This document shows, piece by piece, positions 32,486 to 41,759 of a stretch of DNA of 64,000 nt. The position numbers and the translations under genes were made by a program. Position 1 is the first letter of the stretch. Every line of letters starts with the position of its first letter. The notes below the pieces were generated by a model. It was given only the letters and a program-made list of their open reading frames with translations, was not told where the DNA came from and did not search any database. The DNA comes from Flavobacteriales bacterium (GTDB taxonomy: Bacteria; Bacteroidota; Bacteroidia; Flavobacteriales; UBA7312): the NCBI GenBank assembly GCA_965661345.1, contig CBFIDK010000008.1, forward strand, positions 8,230 to 72,229, in the 5' to 3' direction.

Positions 32486-33766
32486 TTATTTAAACTTCAA
32501 TTTTTGAGTTTGGGTTTCTTTTAATTTATTTTCAGCTTTTTTCAGCTGATCTTCTATGTTTTTTTGTTCCCCTTTGAGTTCTTCAATCTTATTTTCAGAA
32601 AGTCGGATGTTTTCAGTATTCTCATTTATACTGTTGGTTTCTTTCTCTATTTCTTTTTCGATTTTCTTTTTCTCTTGGTTTAAAGATTTCGATTCTTTTT
32701 CGAGCAACTTTAGTTGTTCATTTAGAGCCATTTCATTGTGGTTATTTATCTCTTTTTTGATATTTGAAATCTCTGTCTGATTAGTTTCAATTTTCACCTC
32801 CAGCCCTTTAATAGAATTTTCTTCATTTAAAACAGAGGTTTTTATGGTTTCTAATTCACCAATACTCTCTAGAATTTGCTTGTCAATTTTCTTAATTTTT
32901 TTTCTTCCTGCTTTATCTAATTTGGTGTTTTTTTTGAGTGATTCTTTTTCAACTTCATGGCCTTTTATTGAAGAATTTTGAATGGCTATTTGACCTTCGT
33001 ACAATGCGATTTCTGCTTTGTGTTTGTTGATGTCTTTCAATATTGATTTATTCTTCTTTTCTAATTCTGAAATGTTTTTATTCATCTGTTTTACGCTTTT
33101 AGAAGCTATTTCAGACTCTTTTTCTTTAATCAGTTCATCATTCTTATTATTTATTATTAATTGAGAGGATAAACTTTGTTTTAAACCCTCTATTTTCTGA
33201 TTGGAGTTTTTGATATTTAAAGAATACTTACTTATGTTTTTGTGTTGATTTTCTGTTTCCTTTTTAGCTTGATTAATTTTTTTTCTATGCGATTTTATTT
33301 CATTTTCTTGTTCGTCAATGAGTTTATCATAGACTAATACAACTGACTGGTTAGCTATGCCTTTTACTAACTTTTTGTATTCGTTTATTTCATTGGGTGT
33401 CTTCTCCTCACTAATAACAGATTCTTCATTGGTGAAATGAGAATATAAAGTAGCGCTGCCATTACTTTCGGTAATCTTAAATTTTGCTTTACTTTTCTTT
33501 TGACTACTTTCTAATAAAAATTCTTCTACTATGTATTCATCTTTAGTTTCTTTAACGGAAATAACTCTAGCCTTATAGTTTTTGAATGTATTAGAAATGG
33601 CTTTTTTTACTTCGTCTTTTGAGACCTTATCAAATTGAGTTTGAATAGCTGGCAAGGGCCCATTACTAAAATTAAACTCAGTGCTTATACCCTCAGAATA
33701 GTTCTGAGCATTTAAATTAATATTGAAGCAATAAAAAATAATTAGGATGTGGATTAGTCTTTTCAT
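32486..33766 (-). CDS. Secreted protein: ~110-aa globular N-domain followed by ~300 aa of K/E/N-rich coiled coil; function unknown
   Basis: Signal peptide MKRLIHILIIFYCFNINLNAQ, then a long heptad-like low-complexity region. No motif recognised. Confidence 0.6.
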   Translation of the reverse strand: MKRLIHILIIFYCFNINLNAQNYSEGISTEFNFSNGPLPAIQTQFDKVSKDEVKKAISNTFKNYKARVISVKETKDEYIVEEFLLESSQKKSKAKFKITESNGSATLYSHFTNEESVISEEKTPNEINEYKKLVKGIANQSVVLVYDKLIDEQENEIKSHRKKINQAKKETENQHKNISKYSLNIKNSNQKIEGLKQSLSSQLIINNKNDELIKEKESEIASKSVKQMNKNISELEKKNKSILKDINKHKAEIALYEGQIAIQNSSIKGHEVEKESLKKNTKLDKAGRKKIKKIDKQILESIGELETIKTSVLNEENSIKGLEVKIETNQTEISNIKKEINNHNEMALNEQLKLLEKESKSLNQEKKKIEKEIEKETNSINENTENIRLSENKIEELKGEQKNIEDQLKKAENKLKETQTQKLKFK

Positions 33767-33792
33767 GGTTTTAAGTTTTGGGTTTTAAAATG

Positions 33793-34800
33793 TCATTCTA
33801 GTTCGTACACCACTAGAGTTTCCCAACTTGAAGGGTCTGTGGTTAGCTCGGGATCTGTGAGGTATATTTCGTAAGGCTGAGGCCTAAAGGTGTAATTATT
33901 TTCTTCACAAAAAGCTCTAATTTTTTCGTGAGTTTTAAAGATTGTTCTGTAATCGCCCCTGTGTATGGCTTGTGCAGTTAATGATGCCGCTTTTTGAGTG
34001 TAATCTAAACCAGCTGGCAGCTCAGTTGAAATAGGAATTTCTATAAACGTTCCCGATTTCAGAATCACTTTATCTTTTTCACCAGGGGTATTTGGAAATT
34101 CTATGTATTGAGCAAAGGGTGAACTGCTTGGCATTATTCCATTTTCGGCAAGGAAAATAAAAATAGTATTGTAGCTCTCGGATAGTGTTTTGCTAATTCT
34201 TGACGTCGAGCAAGTTTTAGTAATAGAAATTTCGTTTTGACCGCCCCAATTTTTTACGCTTACATCGCCTGTAAATGATGGAATTGACTCGCAATAGTTT
34301 TTCAGAAGTTGCAGCCCTTTATCGTGGTCAGCTTTCATCATTTTAGATATTACGGGGCCAAAAATTCTAGCTAAGAACGGCAGTTCTCCATAATTTTCCC
34401 AACTCACCTTTACGCTTTTGTCATTGGGCTTTAATTGAAATTTAGCAAAGAAAGAAGGATTGCCATCAATTGTGATTTTGTATTCCAATGATTTTAAAAA
34501 TTCAACATCTGTTAACTCAATAACTCCACTACCAGAGTTATCGCTTTCCCACTTTCTGCTAGCACCAATCATATCCGTTAGTTCTGAATGTGTCATTTTA
34601 ATGCTTGTGTCAGTGCTGAGCCAAGGGTCCCAATTTTCCCAATTTGAAAAATCGTTAATTTGATTGTACACAATAAATGGACTACTTTCTATTTCGATAC
34701 TCGTTTGAACTTCAAATTTTCTGTCAAAGAAAAAATTAGCAACGAGGTATAAAGAAAGTATTCCTAAAAGAGCATATAAAATTATTTTAACGAATTTCAT
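33793..34800 (-). CDS. Membrane-anchored SRPBCC-domain / GyrI-like (small-molecule-binding) fusion protein
   Basis: N-terminal TM segment. SRPBCC-like segment (FEVQTSIEIESSPFIVYNQINDFSNWENWDPW). The C-terminal half resembles the GyrI-like effector-binding fold (...AQAIHRGDYRTIFKTHEKIRAFCEENNY...YEIYLTDP). Confidence 0.65.
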   Translation of the reverse strand: MKFVKIILYALLGILSLYLVANFFFDRKFEVQTSIEIESSPFIVYNQINDFSNWENWDPWLSTDTSIKMTHSELTDMIGASRKWESDNSGSGVIELTDVEFLKSLEYKITIDGNPSFFAKFQLKPNDKSVKVSWENYGELPFLARIFGPVISKMMKADHDKGLQLLKNYCESIPSFTGDVSVKNWGGQNEISITKTCSTSRISKTLSESYNTIFIFLAENGIMPSSSPFAQYIEFPNTPGEKDKVILKSGTFIEIPISTELPAGLDYTQKAASLTAQAIHRGDYRTIFKTHEKIRAFCEENNYTFRPQPYEIYLTDPELTTDPSSWETLVVYELE

Positions 34801-34809
34801 AGTTGTAAA

Positions 34810-35001
34810 TTAAATCATATAACCTCTGAAAACATAAGCAAGAAAAGCAAATATTACTACCGAAAACACAAACAGGATACTGCCTTTGTAGTGTATCCTG
34901 TTTACGTTAAAATCTTTAATATAAGACCATATTAGATAGCTAATAAAAGCTATTGCGAAGCATAGTGCAAAAACCCAATGGCCTGAAGTAATATTTTCCA
35001 T
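34810..35001 (-). CDS. Small two-TM membrane protein (63 aa), unknown function
   Basis: Two hydrophobic segments. The start overlaps the YceI stop (TAATG), which suggests translational coupling. Confidence 0.5.
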   Translation of the reverse strand: MENITSGHWVFALCFAIAFISYLIWSYIKDFNVNRIHYKGSILFVFSVVIFAFLAYVFRGYMI

Positions 35002-35585
35002 TATTTATTTAATACAATTTCAAACTCAACAGTCACAGCATTATCAATAGCCTTATCGCCTAGGTTTTCAAAGAAAGAACCAGAGTTATAAATAATATCG
35101 AATTTTGTTCTGTCAAAAGTAAAAGAGCCCATTACAATAAGTTCAGATTTTGTTTCTTTTAAATCCATTGGAAAAGAGATGACACCTTTAATGTCTTTAA
35201 TGGTAATGTTACCAAATACATCAAACTTTCCATTTCCAAGAGGTGTAGCCTTGATCATTTCAAAACTAACTTCTGGGTGTTTTTTAACATGAAAGAAGTC
35301 TTCACTTATTAAATGCTGTACTAACTTGTTGCTGTATTTTTCAGATTTTATATCGTCATTTGTGATAGTAGTCATATCAACTACAAAACTGGCTGCGGCA
35401 ATTTTCCCGTGATCCATAGATACTTTTCCACTTTTCAATGAAACGTGTCCATCATGACCTCCAGTTATTTTTTCAGCTTTCCAAACTAATTTACTTTTGG
35501 TGACATCTGCAGTGTATTGATCAATGTGAATTGTAAATGCAGTAAAAACAAAAAAGGCGGATAATACTATTGCTATTTTTTTCAT
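35001..35585 (-). CDS. YceI-family (lipid/polyisoprenoid-binding) periplasmic protein
   Basis: Signal peptide present. The YceI-like pattern ...SKLVWKAEKITGGHDGHVSLKSGKV...FDVFGNITIKDIKGVISF... is present. 194 aa. Confidence 0.8.
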   Translation of the reverse strand: MKKIAIVLSAFFVFTAFTIHIDQYTADVTKSKLVWKAEKITGGHDGHVSLKSGKVSMDHGKIAAASFVVDMTTITNDDIKSEKYSNKLVQHLISEDFFHVKKHPEVSFEMIKATPLGNGKFDVFGNITIKDIKGVISFPMDLKETKSELIVMGSFTFDRTKFDIIYNSGSFFENLGDKAIDNAVTVEFEIVLNK

Positions 35586-35664
35586 ATTTAAAGTTTTGAA
35601 TTTGTTGATTAATGTACAAAATTAACTTATTTTGAAACAAAATAGTTTATACATTCAAATTAAT

Positions 35665-36066
35665 ATGAAAGATAAGATAGATAAGGTTAAGAAATTCCAC
35701 GAAGTTTTTTTGATAGGAAATGAAGAACGTCTTAAAACAGATGTTGATGAGTCTACATTTCTTCTCCGACACAAGTTGATGCAAGAAGAGAATGAAGAGT
35801 ATCTAGAGGCTTGTAAAAATGAGGATATTATTGAAATAGCAGATGCATTGGGGGACATGCTTTACATTTGGTGTGGAACAGTTTTGAAACATGGGATGCA
35901 AGATGTTATTGGTGACATTTTCGATGAAATTCAAAAAAGCAATATGTCTAAGCTTGATGAGAGTGGAAAGCCTATTTTTCGTGAAGATGGTAAAGTGTTA
36001 AAGGGTGCTAATTATTTCAAACCAAATATCAAGAAAATATTAGAAAAACATGTTGGAAGTCTTTAG
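35665..36066 (+). CDS. MazG-like nucleoside triphosphate pyrophosphohydrolase family protein
   Basis: Contains EENEEYLEA...EIADALGDMLY (EExxE...D metal-binding helices). ATG 35665 is preferred over TTG 35632. Confidence 0.65.
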   Translation: MKDKIDKVKKFHEVFLIGNEERLKTDVDESTFLLRHKLMQEENEEYLEACKNEDIIEIADALGDMLYIWCGTVLKHGMQDVIGDIFDEIQKSNMSKLDESGKPIFREDGKVLKGANYFKPNIKKILEKHVGSL

Positions 36067-36478
36067 GGTAAACTTTCAGGACAGTCTGTTTTCTGATGTC
36101 AGAGCTATTCGAAAAGAAGTTTTTGTTGAAGAACAAGGGGTTGATATTTCTCAAGAATATGACGAGTTTGAAGACAAAGCCTTTCATTATTTATTAAGAT
36201 ACAATTCTAAAAACATTGGTGCAGCTAGAAGGCGTTTTACCAATTTTGGCGTTAAGCTAGAACGTTTTGCTATTGTAAAAAACTATAGAGGTCAAGGAAT
36301 GGGTAAATTTCTCGTTGAAGAGGTGTTAAAAGATTTAGATGCTAATTCAGTAAACATTTATTTACACGCTCAGGTGCAAGTTGTAAATTTTTATGCCAAT
36401 TTAAATTTTAAAAAAGAAGGACCGCTATTTGAAGAAGCTGGAATTCATCATTATAAAATGATTTTTAAAGCTCAATAG
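36050..36478 (+). CDS. GNAT family N-acetyltransferase
   Basis: Acetyl-CoA-binding motif RGQGMGKFLVEE. 142 aa. It overlaps the upstream gene by 17 nt. Confidence 0.8.
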   Translation: MLEVFRVNFQDSLFSDVRAIRKEVFVEEQGVDISQEYDEFEDKAFHYLLRYNSKNIGAARRRFTNFGVKLERFAIVKNYRGQGMGKFLVEEVLKDLDANSVNIYLHAQVQVVNFYANLNFKKEGPLFEEAGIHHYKMIFKAQ

Positions 36479-37514
36479 TCCAGCCAAAAGTATCTTGAAT
36501 TTTTCCGTATTGAATATTCAGTAATTCACTTTTTAGCATCTGTCCGAAGGAATCTTCTGTTTGTTTAGCAATGCTCATGTCAAAGTCTCTGAATGTAATC
36601 TTATCGATAGGGTTGAGGGTAACTGCAGTTCCTGTTCCGAAGGCCTCTTTTAAAGAATTGTTTTTGTAAGCTTCGATAATTTCTGTTACAGAAATTTTTC
36701 TTTCTTCAACTTTGATGCCTTTTTGTCGTGCAATAGCAATTACACTGTCTCTGGTAATGCCACCGAGGATACTTTCGCTAAGTTTAGGTGTTACTAGAGT
36801 ATCATTTATTCTAAACATGATATTCATTGTGCCTGACTCCTCAATGTATTCATGTTTCAAAGCGTCTGTCCAAATAACTTGAGTGTAGCCGTTGTTTTGA
36901 GCATGTTTGGTAGGGGCAAAAGCAGCAGCATAATTTCCAGCAGCTTTGGCATAGCCTGTTCCACCTTCAAAAGATCTTGCATACTTTTCCTCAATTTTCA
37001 ATTTGGTCTCACCTTTGTAATAACTAGCAGTAGGTGAGGTAATTATCATAAATCTATAGCTTGATGATGGTGTAGCACGTATAAATTCACTATCAGCTAT
37101 CATGAACGGTCTAACATATAACGATTTATTATCTGCTTGAGGAATCCATTCGTTATCAAGTTTTAACAGTTCGGTTAAGCCTGTCATGAATAAATCTTCA
37201 CTAATTGTAGGCATACATAGCCTTTGTGCTGAAGCGTTAAATCGCTTTAAATTATCGAGCGGTCTAAATAAGAGTGTTTTTCCTTCTTTGTTTTTATAGG
37301 CTTTCATGCCTTCAAAAATAGCCTGACCATAGTGAAAAACATGAGTGCTTGGATGAACACTAATTGGACCGTAAGGAACGATTTCAGCATTTGTCCACTG
37401 ACCGTCTTTAAAATTCACAGTAAACATGTGGTCGCTAAAACTTTTTCCGAAAGAAAGATTATCGAAATCCGTTGAAGCTAATTTGGAGTGAGTTGTTTTA
37501 GTGATGTTCATCAA
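36465..37514 (-). CDS. ilvE: Branched-chain amino acid aminotransferase
   Basis: 349 aa, fold-type IV PLP enzyme, with ...YGQAIFEGMKAY...GGTGYAKAAGNYAA...EAFGTGTA. Confidence 0.9.
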   Translation of the reverse strand: MMNITKTTHSKLASTDFDNLSFGKSFSDHMFTVNFKDGQWTNAEIVPYGPISVHPSTHVFHYGQAIFEGMKAYKNKEGKTLLFRPLDNLKRFNASAQRLCMPTISEDLFMTGLTELLKLDNEWIPQADNKSLYVRPFMIADSEFIRATPSSSYRFMIITSPTASYYKGETKLKIEEKYARSFEGGTGYAKAAGNYAAAFAPTKHAQNNGYTQVIWTDALKHEYIEESGTMNIMFRINDTLVTPKLSESILGGITRDSVIAIARQKGIKVEERKISVTEIIEAYKNNSLKEAFGTGTAVTLNPIDKITFRDFDMSIAKQTEDSFGQMLKSELLNIQYGKIQDTFGWTIEL

Positions 37515-37519
37515 AAGGA

Positions 37520-38608
37520 TTATTTTATGTATCTAAAATCGTGATTGTCTTCTATTTTTAATAATGCATTGTAAATTAGCTCAATTACATTTTCAACATC
37601 ATTTTTATGAACACTCTCAACAGTCGTATGCATATACCTCAAAGGCAACGAAATTAGCGCTGAGGCAACCCCGCCAGTCGAGTAGGCAAAGGCATCTGTA
37701 TCAGTTCCTGTTGCTCTAGAAGCTGCTGCTCTTTGGAAAGGAATTTTATTTTCTTCAGCGACACCGATTATCAAATCTAAAAGGTTATTTTGTACTGCAG
37801 GGCCATATGTTAATACTGGTCCTTTTCCACTGAATAAGTCACCTTGTTTTATTTTATCAATCATTGGCGTTTGGGTGTCATGACAAACATCAGTTACTAT
37901 AGCAACATCAGGATTGATTCTTTCGGTAATCATTTGAGCACCACGTAAACCGACCTCTTCTTGAACAGAATTAGTTATGTATAGTCCAAATGGCAATGAC
38001 TTTTTATTTTCTTTTAGAAGTCTTGCAACTTCAGCAATCATGAATCCACCAATTCTATTATCAAGTGCTCTACCTACATAGTAAGTGTCATTAAGAATCA
38101 TGAACTCATCTTTGTAAGTGACTACGCAACCTACATGCACCCCAAGCTTTTCAACTTCTTCTTTACTACTACAGCCGCAGTCCAAGAAAATATTGTCAAG
38201 TTTTGGAGATTTTTCATCAGCGCCGTGTCGCGTGTGTATAGCTGGCCATCCAAAAATAGCATCAACTGTACCGTTTTTTGTATGTATGTTTACTCTTTTT
38301 GAAGGGGCAATTTGATGGTCACTTCCACCATTTCTTCTCAAGTAAATAAAACCGTCTTTGGTGATGTAATGAACAAACCATGAAATTTCATCGGCATGCG
38401 CTTCAATTACTACTTTGTATTTAGCCTCAGGATTAACAACCCCTACAACTGTCCCGTAGGTGTCAACAAAGTAATCATCAATGTATGGCTTAATGTATTC
38501 TAACCATAATTTTTGGCCTTCACTTTCAAAGCCTGTAGGAGAGGCATTATTGAGGTATTTCTCCAAAAATTTAATCGAATTTTTGTTAGTTAGAGTCTTT
38601 TTTGCCAT
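37520..38608 (-). CDS. M42 family metallopeptidase (glutamyl aminopeptidase/FrvX-like)
   Basis: Contains PTGFE...EAHADE...GRALDNRIG...QEEVGLRGA. ATG 38608 is preferred because TTG 38638 falls inside a promoter box. Confidence 0.85.
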   Translation of the reverse strand: MAKKTLTNKNSIKFLEKYLNNASPTGFESEGQKLWLEYIKPYIDDYFVDTYGTVVGVVNPEAKYKVVIEAHADEISWFVHYITKDGFIYLRRNGGSDHQIAPSKRVNIHTKNGTVDAIFGWPAIHTRHGADEKSPKLDNIFLDCGCSSKEEVEKLGVHVGCVVTYKDEFMILNDTYYVGRALDNRIGGFMIAEVARLLKENKKSLPFGLYITNSVQEEVGLRGAQMITERINPDVAIVTDVCHDTQTPMIDKIKQGDLFSGKGPVLTYGPAVQNNLLDLIIGVAEENKIPFQRAAASRATGTDTDAFAYSTGGVASALISLPLRYMHTTVESVHKNDVENVIELIYNALLKIEDNHDFRYIK

Positions 38609-38635
38609 TACAATTGGGTTTTGAATTTTGGTCTG

Positions 38636-38643
38636 CAAATCTA
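38636..38643 (-). promoter_or_regulatory. Candidate -7 box (minus strand TAgaTTTG) for the M42-ilvE operon
   Basis: The plus strand reads CAAATCTA. The box ends 27 nt upstream of ATG 38608. Confidence 0.45.
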
Positions 38644-38666
38644 AGAAAATATAGTTAATTTGTGGA

Positions 38667-39335
38667 ATGAATGACGTTAAAGTGATTTTAACTAATGATG
38701 GTAGTAAAACCTTACAGATGCCGAAACTTAATGAACAATACCATTCAGTTCATGGCGCAGTAAAGGAGGCCGAACATGTTTTTATAAAAAATGGCTTGAG
38801 AGAATGTAAACAAAACACCCTTACTATTTTTGAAATGGGCTTTGGAACGGCTTTAAATGCATTTATGACATACTTAGAATCCAAAAAATCGTCACAACAT
38901 ATCCGCTACTATGCTATTGAAAAGCATCCTTTGCCACTTCATATCGTTGAATCTTTGGAGTATCCTAAGCATCTTTCCGCCACTGATGATGAAGAAATTT
39001 TTACGCTTTTTCACACTGCCGATTGGAATACAGCACTTATGCTATCACCCACTTTTGAATTGCAAAAAATATATGACACTATTCAAAATATGTCAATTGA
39101 TGTAAAGGTTGATTTGGTGTATTACGATGCCTTTGGCCCTAGAGTACAACCAGAGTTATGGTCCGAGCAGATATTTGTTAAGCTAGCTAGCATGATGAAG
39201 CCTAACGCTACACTCGTTACCTATTGTGCAAAAGGGGAGGTGAAAAGAATTTTAAAGCGCTTAGGATTTGTCGTTGAAACTTTGCCTGGACCTCCAGGTA
39301 AAAGAGAAATGATAAGAGCAAAATGGGTAAAATAA
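38667..39335 (+). CDS. mnmD: tRNA (mnm5s2U34) methyltransferase, MnmD-type (stand-alone MnmC C-domain-less SAM methyltransferase)
   Basis: Contains FEMGFGTALN...YYDAFGPRVQPELWS...LVTYCAKGEVKR...GPPGKREM, typical of the MnmC methyltransferase/DUF752 domain. Confidence 0.7.
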   Translation: MNDVKVILTNDGSKTLQMPKLNEQYHSVHGAVKEAEHVFIKNGLRECKQNTLTIFEMGFGTALNAFMTYLESKKSSQHIRYYAIEKHPLPLHIVESLEYPKHLSATDDEEIFTLFHTADWNTALMLSPTFELQKIYDTIQNMSIDVKVDLVYYDAFGPRVQPELWSEQIFVKLASMMKPNATLVTYCAKGEVKRILKRLGFVVETLPGPPGKREMIRAKWVK

Positions 39336-39387
39336 ACCCTAATCATTCTTTTTTGCACAAAAAAAATATTATTAGCAAATAAATTAA

Positions 39388-39395
39388 TACATTTG
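39388..39395 (+). promoter_or_regulatory. Candidate -7 box TAcaTTTG upstream of rpsT
   Basis: Exact TAnnTTTG ending 35 nt before ATG 39431. Confidence 0.5.
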
Positions 39396-39430
39396 CGCTC
39401 CTGATTTTTAATGAATAAAAAACAATAAAT

Positions 39431-39682
39431 ATGGCTAATCACAAGTCAGCAAAAAAGAGAATAAGACAAACTGCTAGAAAAAATGCTGCTAACAGTTATT
39501 ACCACAAAACTGCAAGAAATGCAGTAAAGAATCTTAGGTCAGTAACTGACAAGAAAGAAGCGTTAAAGTTACTTCCTGCTCTTGAATCTATGCTTGATAA
39601 ACTCACGAAAAGAAATATTATTCACAAAAACAAAGCGGCTAACTTGAAGTCTAAGTTGGCTAAGCATGTAAATAGTTTATAA
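39431..39682 (+). CDS. rpsT: 30S ribosomal protein S20
   Basis: [18 protein letters not shown]..., 83 aa, highly basic. Confidence 0.95.
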   Translation: MANHKSAKKRIRQTARKNAANSYYHKTARNAVKNLRSVTDKKEALKLLPALESMLDKLTKRNIIHKNKAANLKSKLAKHVNSL

Positions 39683-39708
39683 GAAAAAAATCATTTTCAA
39701 TATACTCT

Positions 39709-39738
39709 GGCTTCTCAATTTTGAGGAGCCTTTTTTTT
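39709..39738 (+). terminator. Rho-independent terminator after rpsT
   Basis: GGCTTCTCAA - TT - TTGAGGAGCC (10-bp stem with one G-U pair) followed by T8. Confidence 0.8.
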
Positions 39739-39749
39739 ATATTGTAGCC

Positions 39750-40442
39750 ATGAAACATGAAAAACTTAGTATAAAATCTTGGGCTGAAGATGACAAGCCT
39801 AGAGAGAAATTAGCGTTAAAAGGCTCAAAGACACTTAGTCTTGCAGAATTACTGGCCATATTGATAGGCTCAGGGAATAAGACCGAATCTGCTGTTGAAC
39901 TTTCTAAGAAAATTATGAAAAGGTGTAACGATAACTTAAATACACTGTCCATGATGTCATTAAAAGATTTAATGCAGTTTAACGGCATTGGTCATGCAAA
40001 AGCAATAACAATAATTGCGGCGTTAGAATTAGCCAAAAGAAAAGCAAAAGAAAACCCAATAGAAAAGCCTGTCATTAAATCAAGTATTGATGCCTACAAC
40101 CATATGCGTTATGATTTAGAAAATCTTGATCACGAACAATTTTGGATACTGCTTTTGAATAAAGGAAATAAAATTATTGAATCAATCAATATTAGTAAAG
40201 GAGGGGTTAGCGCTACTGTGGTAGACCCAAAACTAATATTCAGTTTTGCATTAGAGCAAAAAGCATCTGGAATAATTTTATTTCACAACCACCCTTCTGG
40301 TAATATATCCCCTAGTGAAAGTGATATTATTTTGACTGAAAAATTGAGAAAGGGAGCTAAATTGTTAGAAATTAACATTATTGATCATATTATTATTGGT
40401 CAAAACACGTATTTTAGCTTTGCAGACGAACAAAAGCTCTAG
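39750..40442 (+). CDS. radC: RadC-family JAB/MPN domain protein
   Basis: N-terminal HhH region (LLAILIGSG...LMQFNGIGHAKA) and the JAMM motif HNHPSGNISPSESD. Confidence 0.9.
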   Translation: MKHEKLSIKSWAEDDKPREKLALKGSKTLSLAELLAILIGSGNKTESAVELSKKIMKRCNDNLNTLSMMSLKDLMQFNGIGHAKAITIIAALELAKRKAKENPIEKPVIKSSIDAYNHMRYDLENLDHEQFWILLLNKGNKIIESINISKGGVSATVVDPKLIFSFALEQKASGIILFHNHPSGNISPSESDIILTEKLRKGAKLLEINIIDHIIIGQNTYFSFADEQKL

Positions 40443-41759
40443 ATGCTAATTTTTACACCTAAAATAACAAGTAGAACAGAATACACTTTTAATCTAATTT
40501 TTGATACCATTTGGGATTTAGACTATAAGCTCACTGATGATATTGAATATTTCAATGAGTATAGTGGCAATAAAATCAACTATTCGAGTAAAAAAATAGA
40601 TACTGAGTTTTTTATTAAACGTTATGGGTTGTTAGAGGAAGAAGGAGTAAAGGATCAAGATATCAAATTTGGTCAATGGAATGACTTGCCAACTTTTTAT
40701 CAAAATTCAGATGAACGAATTCCTTTTGATATTTTTTCAGCCACCTTTTTTCTTGTCTCACGTTATGAAGAGTATTTGCCGCACATCAAGGACCATTACA
40801 ATCGCTTTACTGCCAAAGAAAGTATAGCTTACAAGCATAACTTTTTGGATAGACCGTTAGTAAATTTATGGCTGTTAGAATTTAAAAAGATATTGCAAAG
40901 TCATTTTTCTTCTATAACCTTTCCGCCTCAAAAATTTACTTATCAATCCACTATTGATGTAGATAATGCCTACTATTTTTTAGAAAAGGGTTTTGTAAGA
41001 ACAACAGCCTCCTTTATCAAATCAATCCTTTTAATGGATAAGGAACTGATAAAAAAACGAAAAGACGTCCTGTTAGGAAAAGAGAAAGACCCATACGATA
41101 CGTTTGAGTTTCAGCTGTCACTGAATAAGAAATATAATGTCGATGTTGTATATTTTATTTTACTCGCAGATTATGGCTTAAACGATAAGAACTGCTCGGT
41201 ACATAGCCGTAAGTTTCAGTTACTAATCAAGCATTTGTCTGATCATGCTAAGCTAGGCATACATCCTTCTTTTGCCTCGAACACGTCTTTTGAAACAATT
41301 GTTACAGAGAAAAATCGTTTGGAAAACATCATTAAAAAAGAGGTGGAATTATCGAGGCAGCATTTTTTGAAGTTAGACATTCCAAAGACTTACCGAAATC
41401 TTATAGAATTATCAATAAAAAACGATTTTACAATGGGTTATGCGTCTTTACCAGGATTCAGGGCAAGTATCTGTACCCCATTTTATTTTTATGACTTAGA
41501 GTTGGAGATGACAACCAATTTAAAAGTCCATCCTTTTGCGGTGATGGATGCTACATTTAATTACTATTTAAGAACTTCGCCTGAGGAATCCTTAACCATA
41601 ATTAAAAAGATTGTCGATGAGGTGAAGTTAGTTGAAGGAAATTTCGTTTCATTATGGCACAATGAAACTTGGAGTGACTACAAAGAATGGAAAGGGTGGA
41701 GTGGTCTCTATGAAAAAATGCTAGAATATATACACCATGATAAATTACAAACGTCATAA
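40443..41759 (+). CDS. Conserved hypothetical protein; distant polysaccharide-deacetylase (NodB-like) relationship suspected
   Basis: 438 aa. STIDVDNAY, GIHPS and SRQHF are spaced like NodB motifs. The ATG directly abuts the radC stop. Confidence 0.5.
   Translation: MLIFTPKITSRTEYTFNLIFDTIWDLDYKLTDDIEYFNEYSGNKINYSSKKIDTEFFIKRYGLLEEEGVKDQDIKFGQWNDLPTFYQNSDERIPFDIFSATFFLVSRYEEYLPHIKDHYNRFTAKESIAYKHNFLDRPLVNLWLLEFKKILQSHFSSITFPPQKFTYQSTIDVDNAYYFLEKGFVRTTASFIKSILLMDKELIKKRKDVLLGKEKDPYDTFEFQLSLNKKYNVDVVYFILLADYGLNDKNCSVHSRKFQLLIKHLSDHAKLGIHPSFASNTSFETIVTEKNRLENIIKKEVELSRQHFLKLDIPKTYRNLIELSIKNDFTMGYASLPGFRASICTPFYFYDLELEMTTNLKVHPFAVMDATFNYYLRTSPEESLTIIKKIVDEVKLVEGNFVSLWHNETWSDYKEWKGWSGLYEKMLEYIHHDKLQTS

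Noticed and set aside
32486-33766. Low-complexity T-rich DNA that could be a tandem repeat array.
   Set aside because: I could not find a repeating unit. The bias comes from K/E/N-rich coiled-coil coding on the minus strand within one uninterrupted 426-codon ORF with a signal peptide.
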